A DNA stretch of 63,016 nt, counting the filler, from Salisapilia sapeloensis CBS 127946 (taxonomy: Eukaryota; Protista; Oomycota), in the NCBI GenBank assembly GCA_023334545.1. It is 6 parts of 6 records of this genome, joined end to end, with 100 filler letters (N's around TTAATTAATTAA, not from the genome) between each part and the next. Parts side by side here need not be neighbours in the genome. Positions count along the whole stretch, not along the records: positions 28,932 to 54,670 come from JAADVB010000245.1; positions 54,771 to 56,361 come from JAADVB010001097.1; positions 56,462 to 58,969 come from JAADVB010000886.1; 3 more parts are not named here. The stretch is one strand, 5' to 3'. Shown here one piece after another: positions 45,667 through 57,842 of the stretch (the first letter of the stretch is position 1; every line of letters starts with the position of its first letter). The notes under the pieces were generated by a model, which was not told the origin of the DNA, searched no databases, and saw only the letters and a program-made list of their open reading frames with translations. A program made the translations under genes and the position numbers.

Positions 45667-46910
45667 TTATGCTGTATGCGAAAGGTATTGGAGGAGGAGG
45701 CCATCGATGCCACTGCCGTAGTGGGTGCAGACGCCGTAGCTTAGTGCGACGACGAGGCCGATGGAAATGTTGGTGATGGCGCCGAGGTGGTTGGCAACAA
45801 CCCACCATAAAGACGTGAGGAGGACCCACATGACAAGGATGGTCACAAGAGGTCTGGTCGAGGTGTCCACGAGGATCGGCTGCGCGTCCTTTGGAAGCTT
45901 CTGGTCGTGGTAGAACTGATAGAGGTTGTCTTCCTTGGTCTCGAAGCGAGACTCGAGCCATTGTCCTAACTCTTCCTTCTCCCCTGGAACATCCTGGACG
46001 TCCACGCGTTGCAGGTAGACGATGAGAGTACGAGGTAGGCGTCCACTTAAGAGACTCTTTTCACTCGGTCTTTCGTCCTTGACATGATCGACGTAGAAGA
46101 GCGTGATATCGTAAACGGCATCTAGTTCCTCGCGCAAGCGAGAGAAGATGTATGTCCAACCGGTGGTGCGAGGATAGAGCGAGTAGTGCCGTAGCGGAAG
46201 ACTCTTCTCCGTAGCGTACTTGTGGCTTCGAGTGACGTTATTTTCGCTCAAGTCTGTGCCTTCTGGGAACAACAAGTAGGAGGACTCAGGCTCTGCTGCT
46301 CGGAGGAAGGGCAGCAAGGTTTCTAACTGTCGCTCATCATCTGCCCAGCGTCGATGCTATCCGCAACTGTGTTAATCAAGATCGCTACTGGATGTATGGA
46401 AACGAGATACCAGGAAGATGAAGAGGAAGTGCTGCATGGCCCAGCCAAAGATCGGAACCTGACGTAGAGGACCTTTGAGGACGATACGAAGGTAGCGCAG
46501 CGTCTTGGTGCGTAGTGCAAGACTCCAAAGGAGCATCCAGTCGATACGCGTACGGTGGTTACAGATCCAAAAGGCTCGCTCGCCACGCAACTGAGACTCT
46601 ACGGCCTTTGTAGCGGCATCTCCGTACACTTGCACGCGCATGCCGAAGACGACTTCGATGAAGAAGACGACAAGGCCCATCCAGACCCATTGCCTAGAAC
46701 TCGATGTTAGATTAAGACACGTACGAATCAGCATGAAGTCTACCCAAAGTGCGTCAGCTGGCGGTAAAACGTCGGGAGGGTGCGACTACTGCATAGGAGT
46801 GTGGAGACGATAAAGAGGACAAAGGCTGGTGTGATGAACGTGAGGAGCGCGACCCATGCCGTGACTGTGATGACGATCAAGAAGAGGACGCCGGAGAATG
46901 CTATTTTCAT
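45667..46910 (-). CDS. Lysophospholipid acyltransferase (LCLAT1/AGPAT-like); 3 exons
   Basis: N-terminal TM, CNHRTRIDW (NHxxxxD), FGWAMQHFLFIFL, LFPEGTD, LPRTTG, AVYDIT, C-terminal TMs. Confidence 0.92.
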
Positions 46911-47024
46911 GCTTGCTGCGCTTCCTAGGGGAATAGCACGAGGACCAACTGGCCTAGTGCAAAAATAGACGCGTACGAGGCTAAAAATGGACGACACTTC
47001 CTCTTAGACTCACTTTCGATTGCT

Positions 47025-50000
47025 ATGAACTCTCCACGGCATGTTCGCTCTCCTTTGCCAGTGTCACCGCATCGGTCAACGCATGGAACGAAAGGCAGCA
47101 AGTTGAACGATTTCGTGCCAGTAGCGTGCGGGACGTTGACACTAGATGGTATCAAGGAAGGAGCATACATGCTGTGCAAGCACGCCGACGACCTTTTGGG
47201 TCACCATGCTCGTCAGGCGTTCCGAGAGAAAGCGGCGTCTCGGCGAGGTACGAATGGTATCTACTACCATCTCAAGGACCTCATGGTTCGGTTCGGTAGC
47301 AAGGATAAGAAGAAGAAACTCGGACATCATGATAATGAGACCGATCGACTCGTCCTGCGTGAGTCGAATCTTCGCCAACTGATCGCAAGTGACCCAGTCT
47401 ACGCCCACGCGGTTCCGGAAGATCGCGTCGATGCGCTCTACCATCGTCTGGAAGTCGAAGCTGGCGACGGCGTTCGTCATCGAGCTTTTGTCGAGTTCTG
47501 TCTTCTAGACTCGACGCAATTGTAAGTCTTCTTGCGTTCGTACCTTGTTCTCGTAGAGCCTGATGCTGTGTCCTTTTCATCAAGACGATTGCTCCTGCTC
47601 AAGTACTGTCAGAGGCTGAGGAAGCAGAAGCTGACGGAAATGGAGGTCTCAGACGTGTTTAATCGACTCGTTCGACCAGGAGAGAGTGCAATTGATCCTG
47701 ATCTTTTCCACTCCGCTCTGTCGTACGAGCTAGACGTCGTTTTAACTACTGGAGTAACTTGTAACTTGAGTTTCCATCGACGACGTGTATGACTAATACA
47801 AGGTGTGTGGCTGCATGTAGGAAATCACAACGCTGCTGCGCTTCATGGATTATGATCTGGATGGAGTTGTGAAACTCGGTGACTTTGACGAGCTCCTTCA
47901 TGACGACAAGTTCTCGGAAGAAGTGGCACAGGCAACGGATGATAGCAGCATTGTAGACGTAAAACTTTCGTTTAACAGTGGCGATGAAGCGACTTTGTCT
48001 CGCGACGGGTACTTACAACTGTTTCCAAGCATCCGTAAGCTCTCGAACACTGCTGAGCTGAGTATATGGACCAAGAGCGCCGATAGATGGCAAGGTAAAG
48101 CTGCGATCACAAACATTAAGTACTCTTCGAGTTCACGAGACTCCAAGCTCGTGTCCAAAGGGTACACTTGTCTCGGTCACGACATGAGCCGGGGCGGTAC
48201 GTTTGGCTGGCACACATACATATGGCTCAGCTACGCTCCGCCCAAGATGGCGAATGTGAATGAAGTGGTGGAACTTGCCATCACGAGCGGAGATCTTAAG
48301 GACAAGCACGACTCCAAGTTGTGGATGCCTCCTTGTCGAGGTTTCAAGCTCATTCGAGGAAACTTGAAAGCGAATAGCTCGAAGAACGGCATCTGCTTGT
48401 GGCTACGAAGACACCATACACTGTCCAACGAGGATCTAGTGGACGCACCGGAAGAGGTGAGTGTGAGCAAAACCGTGCTGTCTTCGGGTGGTCAAGCCCA
48501 TCTGGATGACCTGGAGCAGCATATTCGAACTGCATTGCGTCGGAATTGTGCTGTCGACCAAGACGGAAGCTTAAACTTTAGCTTGTTGTTTGATGACATG
48601 GATGTGAAGAAGAAGCGAGGTCTGTCGAAACAGAGGGTGATTGCTGGCTTGGAGCAGTATGGAGTCAAGATGGACAAAAAGGTAAAAGCGTATTTGACAA
48701 TTAGGTGCTTACCGGAGGGAAATGGCTGACTTTTGTGGATATTTGCAGGACTTTCATAGCGTCTGGCACCGGATGAATCCTAAAGGAGCCAAGAAGGTCG
48801 ATGTCGCGTCCTTTTGTCACTTCCTAGAGCTCACCGATTCGGAAATGTAGGCTCTATCCGTGATAGTCTTGATGAAATGTGTAGTCACTTAATGCATCTT
48901 GTTCCATAGAGATGACGTGATCAAGACGTTGCAGAGGACGATGGTGACTCGGTCGAGTCACTTTGCCATCAGCTACCGGTCTCTCTTTCAGTCGTATAAT
49001 ACGCTCGGCGATGGTAAGCTCAGTCGAGTCGACTTCCAGAACATATTAGCGAGCAATCACATTGCGTTTACGAGCTCGGAACTAACGAGGATCATGAGTC
49101 GATTTGATGTGGACAAGGATAACATCATTGACTATGCCGACTTCCTCCAGTACCTGACAGGTGTCTGTGACGGATCGTCTCGAGACGCAGAGAGAGTAGC
49201 CGGAGCGGCTGAACAGCTTCGCAACTGGGCGCTGGAACGGCAGAATAAGAAGCTAGCAAAGGACGGTGAGATCGACACGACAGCAGCGTGGAAACTGCTT
49301 CGACCTGTGAAGGGTGTGGTGCATGTCCTTCAAGTAGATAACGTCCTTCGGCAGATGGACGTTCGGCTGAATGCGACCCAGTTACAGCGTCTTCAGGTCC
49401 TGGTAGCACCGTCTTCTAACGGAGAAATTAGTCGTGACATCTTCCATACGTTCGTGAACCACTTTCCGAAGAAGATTAGCTCGATGGTGTACGACTTGAG
49501 GAAGATTGTGGGACAAGTTCCATCCGATGCGTCTTCGGATGCTGTCTTCGACCGGCTGAACGTGGAAACGAATGGAAGACTTCCGCTCACGAAACTACTG
49601 CAAGAGATCAACGCCTACGCGATTGAGCAAAAGACAGGTCGAGCTGTCGACCTGCGAGACTTTGTCTACGTTGTGCAGTGGACAGGAGCAGACTGTGGTG
49701 GCGCTGGATCGGTCATCATCGATCGCTTTCTCGCTTGCGTCCGAGAGAACCCAGAGCGTCGGAATACGAAGAATGAGTTCGTGACACACTTTGATAGTCC
49801 CAACTTCGCCGAAGGCGTGCATCTGTTGCGTCAAGAGATCAAGCGATGTGGGAAGAAACCGGACGGGAAGTTTGATTTCCAAATACCATTTCGTCTATTT
49901 GATGTGAACGGGAGTGGTGACATCTTGCTGTCCGAGTTTGAAAACGCCACGAGAGCACTTGGTGTCGAGCAGTTCTTGTCTGACCAGGAAGTCAAGAGCC

Positions 50001-53000
50001 TAATGCGTCGATTTGACTTGACGCCTGCGGGTGGAATTGACTATGAAGAGTTCTTGCGTTTTATTCTTGCCGACTCTGCTTCACTCTATTCGGAAGCGAT
50101 GGGCGCATCTACCACAGACGCCGCCGTTCGAACTATTTTAAAGGGCATTGTAGCCTCGGAAAAGCTATCTTCGACGACTGCCGTTGCGTTCTGTAACTCG
50201 CTTAAGCGGATGTTTTCGATTTTGGATAAAGACACTGTCGGTGCGGTCCCAAAAACAGTATTTGTCGAAACGTTGGAAGAGATGGGGATTCGACTTAGCG
50301 AAGAGCAAGTCAGAGAGCTTCTTGGCGCCTTTCAGTCAGATGATGATGAGGAGGAGGAAGGCTCGGTGTCGATTAGATATGAGTCCTTTTGTGATGCACT
50401 GCTCTACGAAGCAGATACGGAAGACAAAGGTGATGTATCTCACCCGCAAGTACTGGAAATGCTGCAGTTACTGCAGGGTTTCCACAAGCACCTGAAGAAA
50501 GTGATGAGAGGATTGGAGGAAGGGGTACGTATCGCCCATTTCTTTGGCAGTGAAAAGGACAAAGCAATCCAGTTGTCGGTTGGAGAGTTCAAAGATGCGT
50601 TGTGGAAACTTGGCATCCGTCATCCGTATCTACAGGACGAACTGTCACTTTTACTAAGTTGCTTTCAGTCGTCGGATGGGTTTGATCCCAATCTCTTGGA
50701 AGAATTTGCGATTAAAGGTCCTATATGTGTTTTGGCAAGAGGGGGAAGTGGATTGCAGTCGTGTGCTGAGCGACTAGATGAAGAGTTGGGGGCGTTCTTA
50801 AAGTCGGATGAAAATGCTGGAACGAGGTTAAAGGCGTTATTCGATGCGCACGATGGAAATGGAGACGGATCGTTGTCCAAGACGGACTTTGTGAATGTCT
50901 TACAGAAGGCTGGGTGCGCTCGATTCATCACACCAGAGTGCGAGATGCTTCTTCTGCACATTCTTGATCCACACGAAGAAGGTTTTATCACGAGCAATGC
51001 TCTGAATAACCTCGTGGATCTTGTGAAGGTTTGGGCAGTCAAAACGAGTCCAGGAAAGCATGGTAACTCACCAGATCACATCAAAGGTGACGGCGGAAAG
51101 GAGCCGCAGGACAATGAACGTGATTTAGAATCGACTGAAGCAAAAAAAGCGATTCTGCAGGCCATTGTCAATGCCGATGTACAGCTCAAGGCTCCATTTC
51201 CGTTTGAACGGTACTTTGAAAAATACAAGCATGAAGAATCGCTCGTCAAGTCTCGCATCTTTGAAAAGACTTTGGATAAATTCATCAAGCATGTGATACA
51301 GCAGCATGTGGTATATGACATGAAAATGATGGATTGGAGCGTGCTTGTTCATGAGTATGAAGGAGAGCAAAAGGGGTTTATTAATTATACACGATTCCTC
51401 TCTGATTACCAGTCTTTCGACCGTCCAAAGCCTTCACAGCAAGATGCAGAAGTAGATTGTGACGACAGTGAGTTCTGGTGCCCTGCGAACTATCCTGGGA
51501 TGACCTTAAAGCATTCTGTTTTGCGAATCATGAAGGGTGTCATCCACCGCAGTTGTCCAAGCGAAGGGCAAAGGACTGAGCTTCGGAACGAAGTGGAGAG
51601 ACGGAAACCTGCTTTACTATCCCAGCATTCAATCAACGACTGGAAGCTGTACGAGCTGTTGGTGGAGCTCGGACTACAGGTACATAAAGCCGAGGCGGAT
51701 CAGCTTCTCCAGTTCTTGAAAAACGATGTGAATCATGCAGAAGGCTTCAGCTGTGATAAGCTTCTTTGGATCCTGCGCGAGTGTCTACCTCCACCAAGTC
51801 CGATAAATGAACCTGACGAGACAAAGGAAGAGGCTGTATCTCCAGTGAAAGACACAAAGTTGTCCACCGCACTGGGTCTCAAGATACATCAATGCTTTAT
51901 CTTGGCTGCGAAACGGAACGTTAGCGGTCAGCACTTGTTGAAACAGTGTGATCCGGACGGCACAGGTCTAGTGACGCTCCTCGAGTTCCAAACCGTATTA
52001 CGGTTGATGGGATGTCTTCTAACCTCCAACGAAGCGGATGAGCTGAAGAGGATCTTGGGCGACCCTGCGTCGTCCAAGATTGACTATACTCATTTCTTAC
52101 GCCACCTTGCCAAGTACAAGGAGAAGCATCAGCACCACGATGGACGCAAAGCTCGTCCGATCTCACCCATGCCACTTCCAGTTCGACGACCTCGGCATCG
52201 CCCACTTACGGCTCCACAAGTACAAGGCTATGGTCCCAATGTTCAAAACGTCTGGACACTCTCTCCAAAGTACAATGGCCACAATACTCCAGCTTGCATC
52301 CGACCCACGCCTCCAGTGCTGATGGACTTGAGGGAAGTTGACGTGACCGTCCTCCCGGCTATCTGTAACCAGGTGATTGAGCAATGTGGAGAGCTCAACT
52401 CGTTTCTACAGTCGTTTGCCTTGTACGATGGTAAAGCCACCGGATTCGTCGCCCATGATGCTTTCTACGCACTCATGAGGAAGTTTGGCGTGGAGTTAGA
52501 TCCGGAGACGATGACTCTAGTGTTGAAACGTTTTGCTGCGATTACTCCTGATAAATTTGACTACGTCGAGTTTACCGAACTTGCAAGTCAATACGTTGCT
52601 AGGGCGATGCATGGATTGCAGCACTCGGCAGCTCCCACGCTTACGACAAAAGCGAATGTAAAGAAGTCACTTACTGTTCAACAAGGCAATGCACCGATCC
52701 ATGTACGCAATGACGATCAGGTAGGACATATATACTCCGGTTTGACTCTAGACTAGTCTGTCGACTAACACTAAGATGCACAGGCGCAACCCCCGGACAG
52801 TATTAAGCCTCTGGAGGGGTATCCACATCCCTCATTCGACACTTCGACGGCAGTCAAGCCGTCCGTCTGGTCCTGCCCAGTCTGTCTTCACCGACAGCCT
52901 CAAACAGTCCGAGCCTGCCAAATCTGTGCGACTGTGAATCCATCTTCCGGTCGAATCCAACAGCGTCATCAATGCAGTGCATGTGGGTTCCGGAACACTG

Positions 53001-53128
53001 CTACAGCTGAGCGCTGTGATTTGTGTCAAGTACGATTTACAACGGATGCAGGCAAACAACAAGCAGCTAATCAACTCCGGTGGAACATACTTCCTCAAGG
53101 GGACGAACGTGGATTGTGGAGACCTTAG
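47025..53128 (+). CDS. Giant (about 1900 aa) multi-EF-hand protein with a MABP-like beta-prism and two C-terminal RanBP2-type zinc fingers; about 6 exons
   Basis: ORFs 47025, 47532, 47845, 48899 and 52934 join by GT-AG introns. EF loops DYDLDGVVKLGDF, DVDKDNIIDYADF, DVNGSGDILLSEF, DGNGDGSLSKTDF, DPDGTGLVTLLEF. Last exon has WSCPVCLH...RACQIC and QCSACGFRN...RCDLC. Confidence 0.8.
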
Positions 53129-54300
53129 GTAGCTCTAGAATCCATAGTATAAAAGTTCTTGTACGTATTGGTTGCGAGGTCAAAGTCACAAGTCGGGTGT
53201 GTTACGCGGAACGATTTCCGCTGGTATACGATGAAGTTATACTTGGTGCGGAGTACCCACCAGATTTCATACGCGCCAGAGCACACGGTTCGGCCTTTGT
53301 CTCCTTGAAAAAATAACGGCAGCGTCGTTGTCCGAAATCCACTCGTGAACTCGCCTAGCAATCTCGTCTGGCTTAGAATGACTTCACTACCAGGCTCGTG
53401 GAGCTCCAGGAAGGTCCCGCAATGGTTGTCGAGTGCAAACTCACCAAAGCATTGAGATATGTACGCTGTCTGCGTATAGCCGATAGCAACACAAGTCTGC
53501 TTCTTACGTCCATCGACTCCGTAACAACTCGCTAGAGCATTTACGGAAACGTTGTGGTCCCAGCATGCAGGTCGCACGACATCTTTCAGGGGAAGTAAGG
53601 CTTTTAAGCGGCCAACGCAGGTCGAGTCGTTGTATTTGTGCGTGACTTGTAGTCCTTTGGGTGTGAGCCTTTTCTGGAGCCGATACGGATGAGATTCGGC
53701 ATCGACGTAGCAGTTTGAGTCGAACACAATTGGCCGATCACCAACTCGACTAATGGAAGCATCGAGCGTCACACCAGCTTCGTCCATGACGGGAATGAGA
53801 CTCCGTGCATCTTCTTGCATGTATGCCTACAAGAGGAAAGGAGCATGCCTGTATGAGCAGCTCTGATTTTGCTTCTACTCTATGAAAGGTACCGGATTCC
53901 CAAAATGGTCGATGCAGCAATCTACGTTTCGGTTGCGACATGGGTCGACTAGTAGCCCAATTTTATAATTTTCTGGCGTTGCATATCTTTTCACAAGAGT
54001 GGTCCGTCAGATCGCCATCAAGCATATCAATCAGCGTAACGAAAGTACATACGAATAGACATTGATATCAATCATATCTGCTTCATAACGCTCTTTTATA
54101 TCTTCTTCGAGCGTATCCTCCCCAGCTGCCAAAGCTCGACTTTCAAGCTCCTCAACTTTATCCACAGCGGCGATGATTTCTCCGTAGGATGCCGAGAAGG
54201 ATGCTATGAATATGAAGAAGGCTACAAGATACTTCATCCTGACGCTTTCCAGAATCGAAATGCCTACACGACTCGGCGCCTTTTCACCACTCCCAAACCA
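53125..54300 (-). CDS. Uncharacterised membrane-associated protein; multi-exon, 5' structure unresolved
   Basis: 231-aa protein-like 3' ORF (HCGTFLELH...CSGAYEIWWVLRT) plus an upstream hydrophobic exon (IVVWFG...KYLVAFFIFIASFSASYG). Confidence 0.55.
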
Positions 54301-54770
54301 GACAACGATCTAATGAAATTATTTCGATTCTCTTATCCTTCTTTCTACAATAAAGCAGTGCTCACGCTAAATACTGATTCAGCAAAATGGTGAATTTTCC
54401 TCTTGTAATTCTATTCATGATAACCTGCTCGGCAAACTCTGCGTTCGTTGAAAGTGGCCGACTCGGTTTTGCCACTTGCCATTGGAAACTTAACAAAGCA
54501 CTTCAATATAACTTTCATCCACTATATCGAATGCATAAGCGAGTGTTCTGCATTGCCAATGGAGGTACATGTTCATTTTCTTAGTCTTTTTCTGTCTTGG
54601 TCTTTGATGCAATCAGGAGAAAGCTATCTTCGAGACGACTTCAAGCCATGGCCGGTGCTCGAAATGTGCANNNNNNNNNNNNNNNNNNNNNNNNNNNNNN
54701 NNNNNNNNNNNNNNTTAATTAATTAANNNNNNNNNNNNNNNNNNNNNNNNNNNNNNNNNNNNNNNNNNNN

Positions 54771-55159
54771 AGCATTACTTCCATGCTTGCGTCTTCCAGT
54801 AGCGTAGTGAAGTCTCTGTCGGGAAGAAAGTCGAGGCCTGTCTGCTCCGTGCCAAAGCTAGTGATGGCTTGGAAGAGCTCCCCGACCTCTTCGTCCGTAA
54901 TAGCTAGTGCGTCGATCCAGTCGGCGTCGTCCGTCCTAGCCGGACTTGCATCGCCGTCGGACGAGGGGTTTAGTTGCCTCTTCTTCTGCGCTTGCTTGCG
55001 CTCCTCTAGCTTCCGCTGGTTGTAGTTGGCTCGAGCTCGATGGAAGTCGCAGAAGCGGTGGTACGTCCGGTTGGACTTTAGTGCTCGAACGTTTTCACAC
55101 CGCTTGCTAGGGTATCCGCACCGAGGGTGCGTGGACGGCTTGATCGCGTGCTTGCTCAT
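54771..55159 (-). CDS. Oomycete-type Cys/His-motif protein (C-x-Y-x-S-K-x-C...C-x2-H-R-x2-A-N-x-N-Q-R); 3' end lost in the gap
   Basis: RCGYPSKRCENVRALKSNRTYHRFCDFHRARANYNQRK. INR+FPR-like GCCATTTTCAGATTTGCC on the minus strand at 55187-55204 supports ATG 55159. Confidence 0.75.
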
Positions 55160-56945
55160 TGCTGGGAGGACGTATCGGTGGTAAGTGGCAAATCTGAAAA
55201 TGGCGAAGGGCTATCAGATACCACGACGAGTCTCGAGACACAGACACTTGGGTTTCCGCCATCCGTTCTGCATCCACGAGGTTGGATTTTAACGACAACC
55301 TTGACGTTTCGTCCGTGTGCCTGACGTCGAAAGATCCGCATCTTCCCTCTGCGCCAGTTTCCACCTCGGCCATAGACGGGTACGCCTTCGAAGACATTTC
55401 TCCCTCTTTACTTCCGACAGCACAAACAACGCCGACAGACAGTTTACGACACAGGACAACTGTAACCATTGAACTTGAGTCGTGAACCCGGCTGAATGTC
55501 GACAGCATGATCACTTTAAAATCGCTAGTGATGTTCATGCTGAAGCGGAAGACAAAATAGTTCAAGAACATCGTATCATACTTGGGACTTGCTCGCTCTG
55601 GTCGCCTGGTATTCAACCCACTCAATAGTAACTTGGCTTCGGAACAGTGCGATCCTGTCCCTCCATCACCAAAATTCCAGCCAAAGTGCAGATAGTGGGA
55701 CTACAAGCAGGCACATCTACCGCCGCACGTACGAGCTTGTGGCCATACCTGAGTTTCGCGCACTGTATCAAACGCAGATGTCTGTAAATAGAATGCCGCA
55801 ATTGCTCTTGTTGCTTTGCTGGTGAGCTGCTTGGAGTAGTCCGCCGCAACGCAGATGTATCTTGCACGCAAGAAAGTAGCACGCCGAGGCCAAATAAAGT
55901 GTCGCTAGGCTACCACGATGTCCGAATTGCCTGACCCAAATCTATTGAATGTCAAAGGATGGAATCAGGAGAGCCGTTCCGACGACACGAGCATAAACGA
56001 CGCTTGGGGTGCTGACGAATGTAACCATGGGCCAGATGGATCGATTTCTCGCTCGAACCTTTGCTCATCATCTTCTGTGTCCATGTGCAGAAACGTGCTA
56101 TATTTGGCACGGCGATATACAAAAACGGCTCGGTCGACTGGCACGCGTCTAGCGTGGACTAGGATGGACATTGGCAGCGTAGGAAGGTTGACGTCAATGT
56201 GCCTTACGCTCCGAGCAAACCAGACATAGACTACCGAATGAATTCTTCATCTTGGGGAGAGTATCTTTGCCACGCCAGAAGAGCCTACTGGATTTATTCT
56301 AATAGCGCACCAACGAGTTGGATTTAAATAGATGGACTCTTTGTCGCAAAATATCAATTGCNNNNNNNNNNNNNNNNNNNNNNNNNNNNNNNNNNNNNNN
56401 NNNNNTTAATTAATTAANNNNNNNNNNNNNNNNNNNNNNNNNNNNNNNNNNNNNNNNNNNNAAGGTGGAAGATGTTTGACAGATTTGGTAACGTAGCGTC
56501 ATCTTCAGCTCTAGCATTGCAATGCACTGTTCTCCTTTGCATCACAAGACGAATCCGTGTACAGAATTTCGTCAGGTTGGTATCTCGACGATACGTGCAT
56601 TAATCGGAAGGGTTATCTTGGACTCTTTCAATGAAAGCTCCGCTCATTTTGGTTCAGGTGCGTGTGAACATTGGAAACAAGTCACAGCGATGCAGGGTGA
56701 GAAGACCGATATTGGTAGCATATAGTTTGACGGTGCACAAGATATATTGAGCGAAAGAAAACTTTGGGGCACGTGGGCTCTACTGCATTGGTCGCCAAAG
56801 TATATTAACATAAGAAAAGCATGGCTAGAAACCTACGATCTCGTCTTTTTTTAAGCACGGTCTATTGCACAGCTGCGTTGCCTAGGTGCCTAGATCTAGT
56901 GAGTGTACGATCTCGTCTTGTGCAGAGAGAGCAGACCGTTCGAAA

Positions 56946-56973
56946 AGCGAGAAGCGAGAAGCGAGAAGCGAGA
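56946..56973 (+). repeat. (AGCGAGA)4 heptamer tandem repeat
   Basis: Directly visible tandem heptamer. Confidence 0.85.
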
Positions 56974-57803
56974 TGATGTGGATCGCGAGGTCGTGAGATC
57001 AAATTTTCCTGAAGGATGGTGTGAGTTGTTTGACCGCTTGGATGTGACACGAGTGAGCAAGTACGGTGTGCTTGGTCCGAATATCAAATCTAGGTTCCTG
57101 ATTGTCTGTGAAAAGTGTGATGTGTACGGACGCTTAGCGAGCGATCCCGTCGGTCGACATGAAGTGTATCCTTTTACCTTTTGCACTCCTGCCCGAGTGT
57201 ATGAGGCCAAAGGGCACTACTACGTCTATGTAAATTGACCAAAAACGAGTGGTAACCTGGACGGATACAGCGTTGCTGGAGAATGTGGTGGATGGATACG
57301 GACGGAAAAGGAATGTCTCGGAAACAGTTTGAATAGACAAATTTGTTTGCACTCGCATCCTTACATCGGTGCGGAACTGCAGCTTGCTCCGGCAGGTCAT
57401 CAACAAAAATGAATGGCGGAACGGACGAGAGCAAGTGGCACGTTGAAGTTGAGTCCATGTGGTAATTTGGGATCGAGAAGGTGGCACCTCAGTTGTGTCG
57501 TATGAAAGGTACGAGAAGCTAGATCCTTCGGTATCAAATCGATGACGATTGCACATCCCTTCTATTCGATACACTGTGGTTGATGGCATATAGTGGTCCA
57601 GATTGCTTCTAGACCACAGTAGCTTGCACATCTGCCGCGTTCGCATGTGCACAACAGCAAGACGACGAAGACACCTAGTCTTGCTGTGCTACTCCCTGCG
57701 GAGTGGCTCCTGTCGCGTCACCATTCTCCATGCGTGAATCTTGTGTCCAAATTTTTAATGCGAATTTTTTCAAAAGGAATTGAAATAGTTCATTCCAATT
57801 AGT

Positions 57804-57819
57804 TTCATTCTGCAATTTC
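57804..57819 (+). promoter_or_regulatory. INR+FPR core promoter
   Basis: TTCATTCTGCAATTTC, 23 nt upstream of ATG 57843. Confidence 0.65.
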
Positions 57820-57842
57820 ACTGGAGCTGCAACCACGGCACC

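Noticed and set aside
57040-57240. Copia RNase H remnant on the minus strand (LFTDNQ...RTKH)
   Set aside because: Spacing and the surrounding residues do not fit, and there are no upstream RT motifs.
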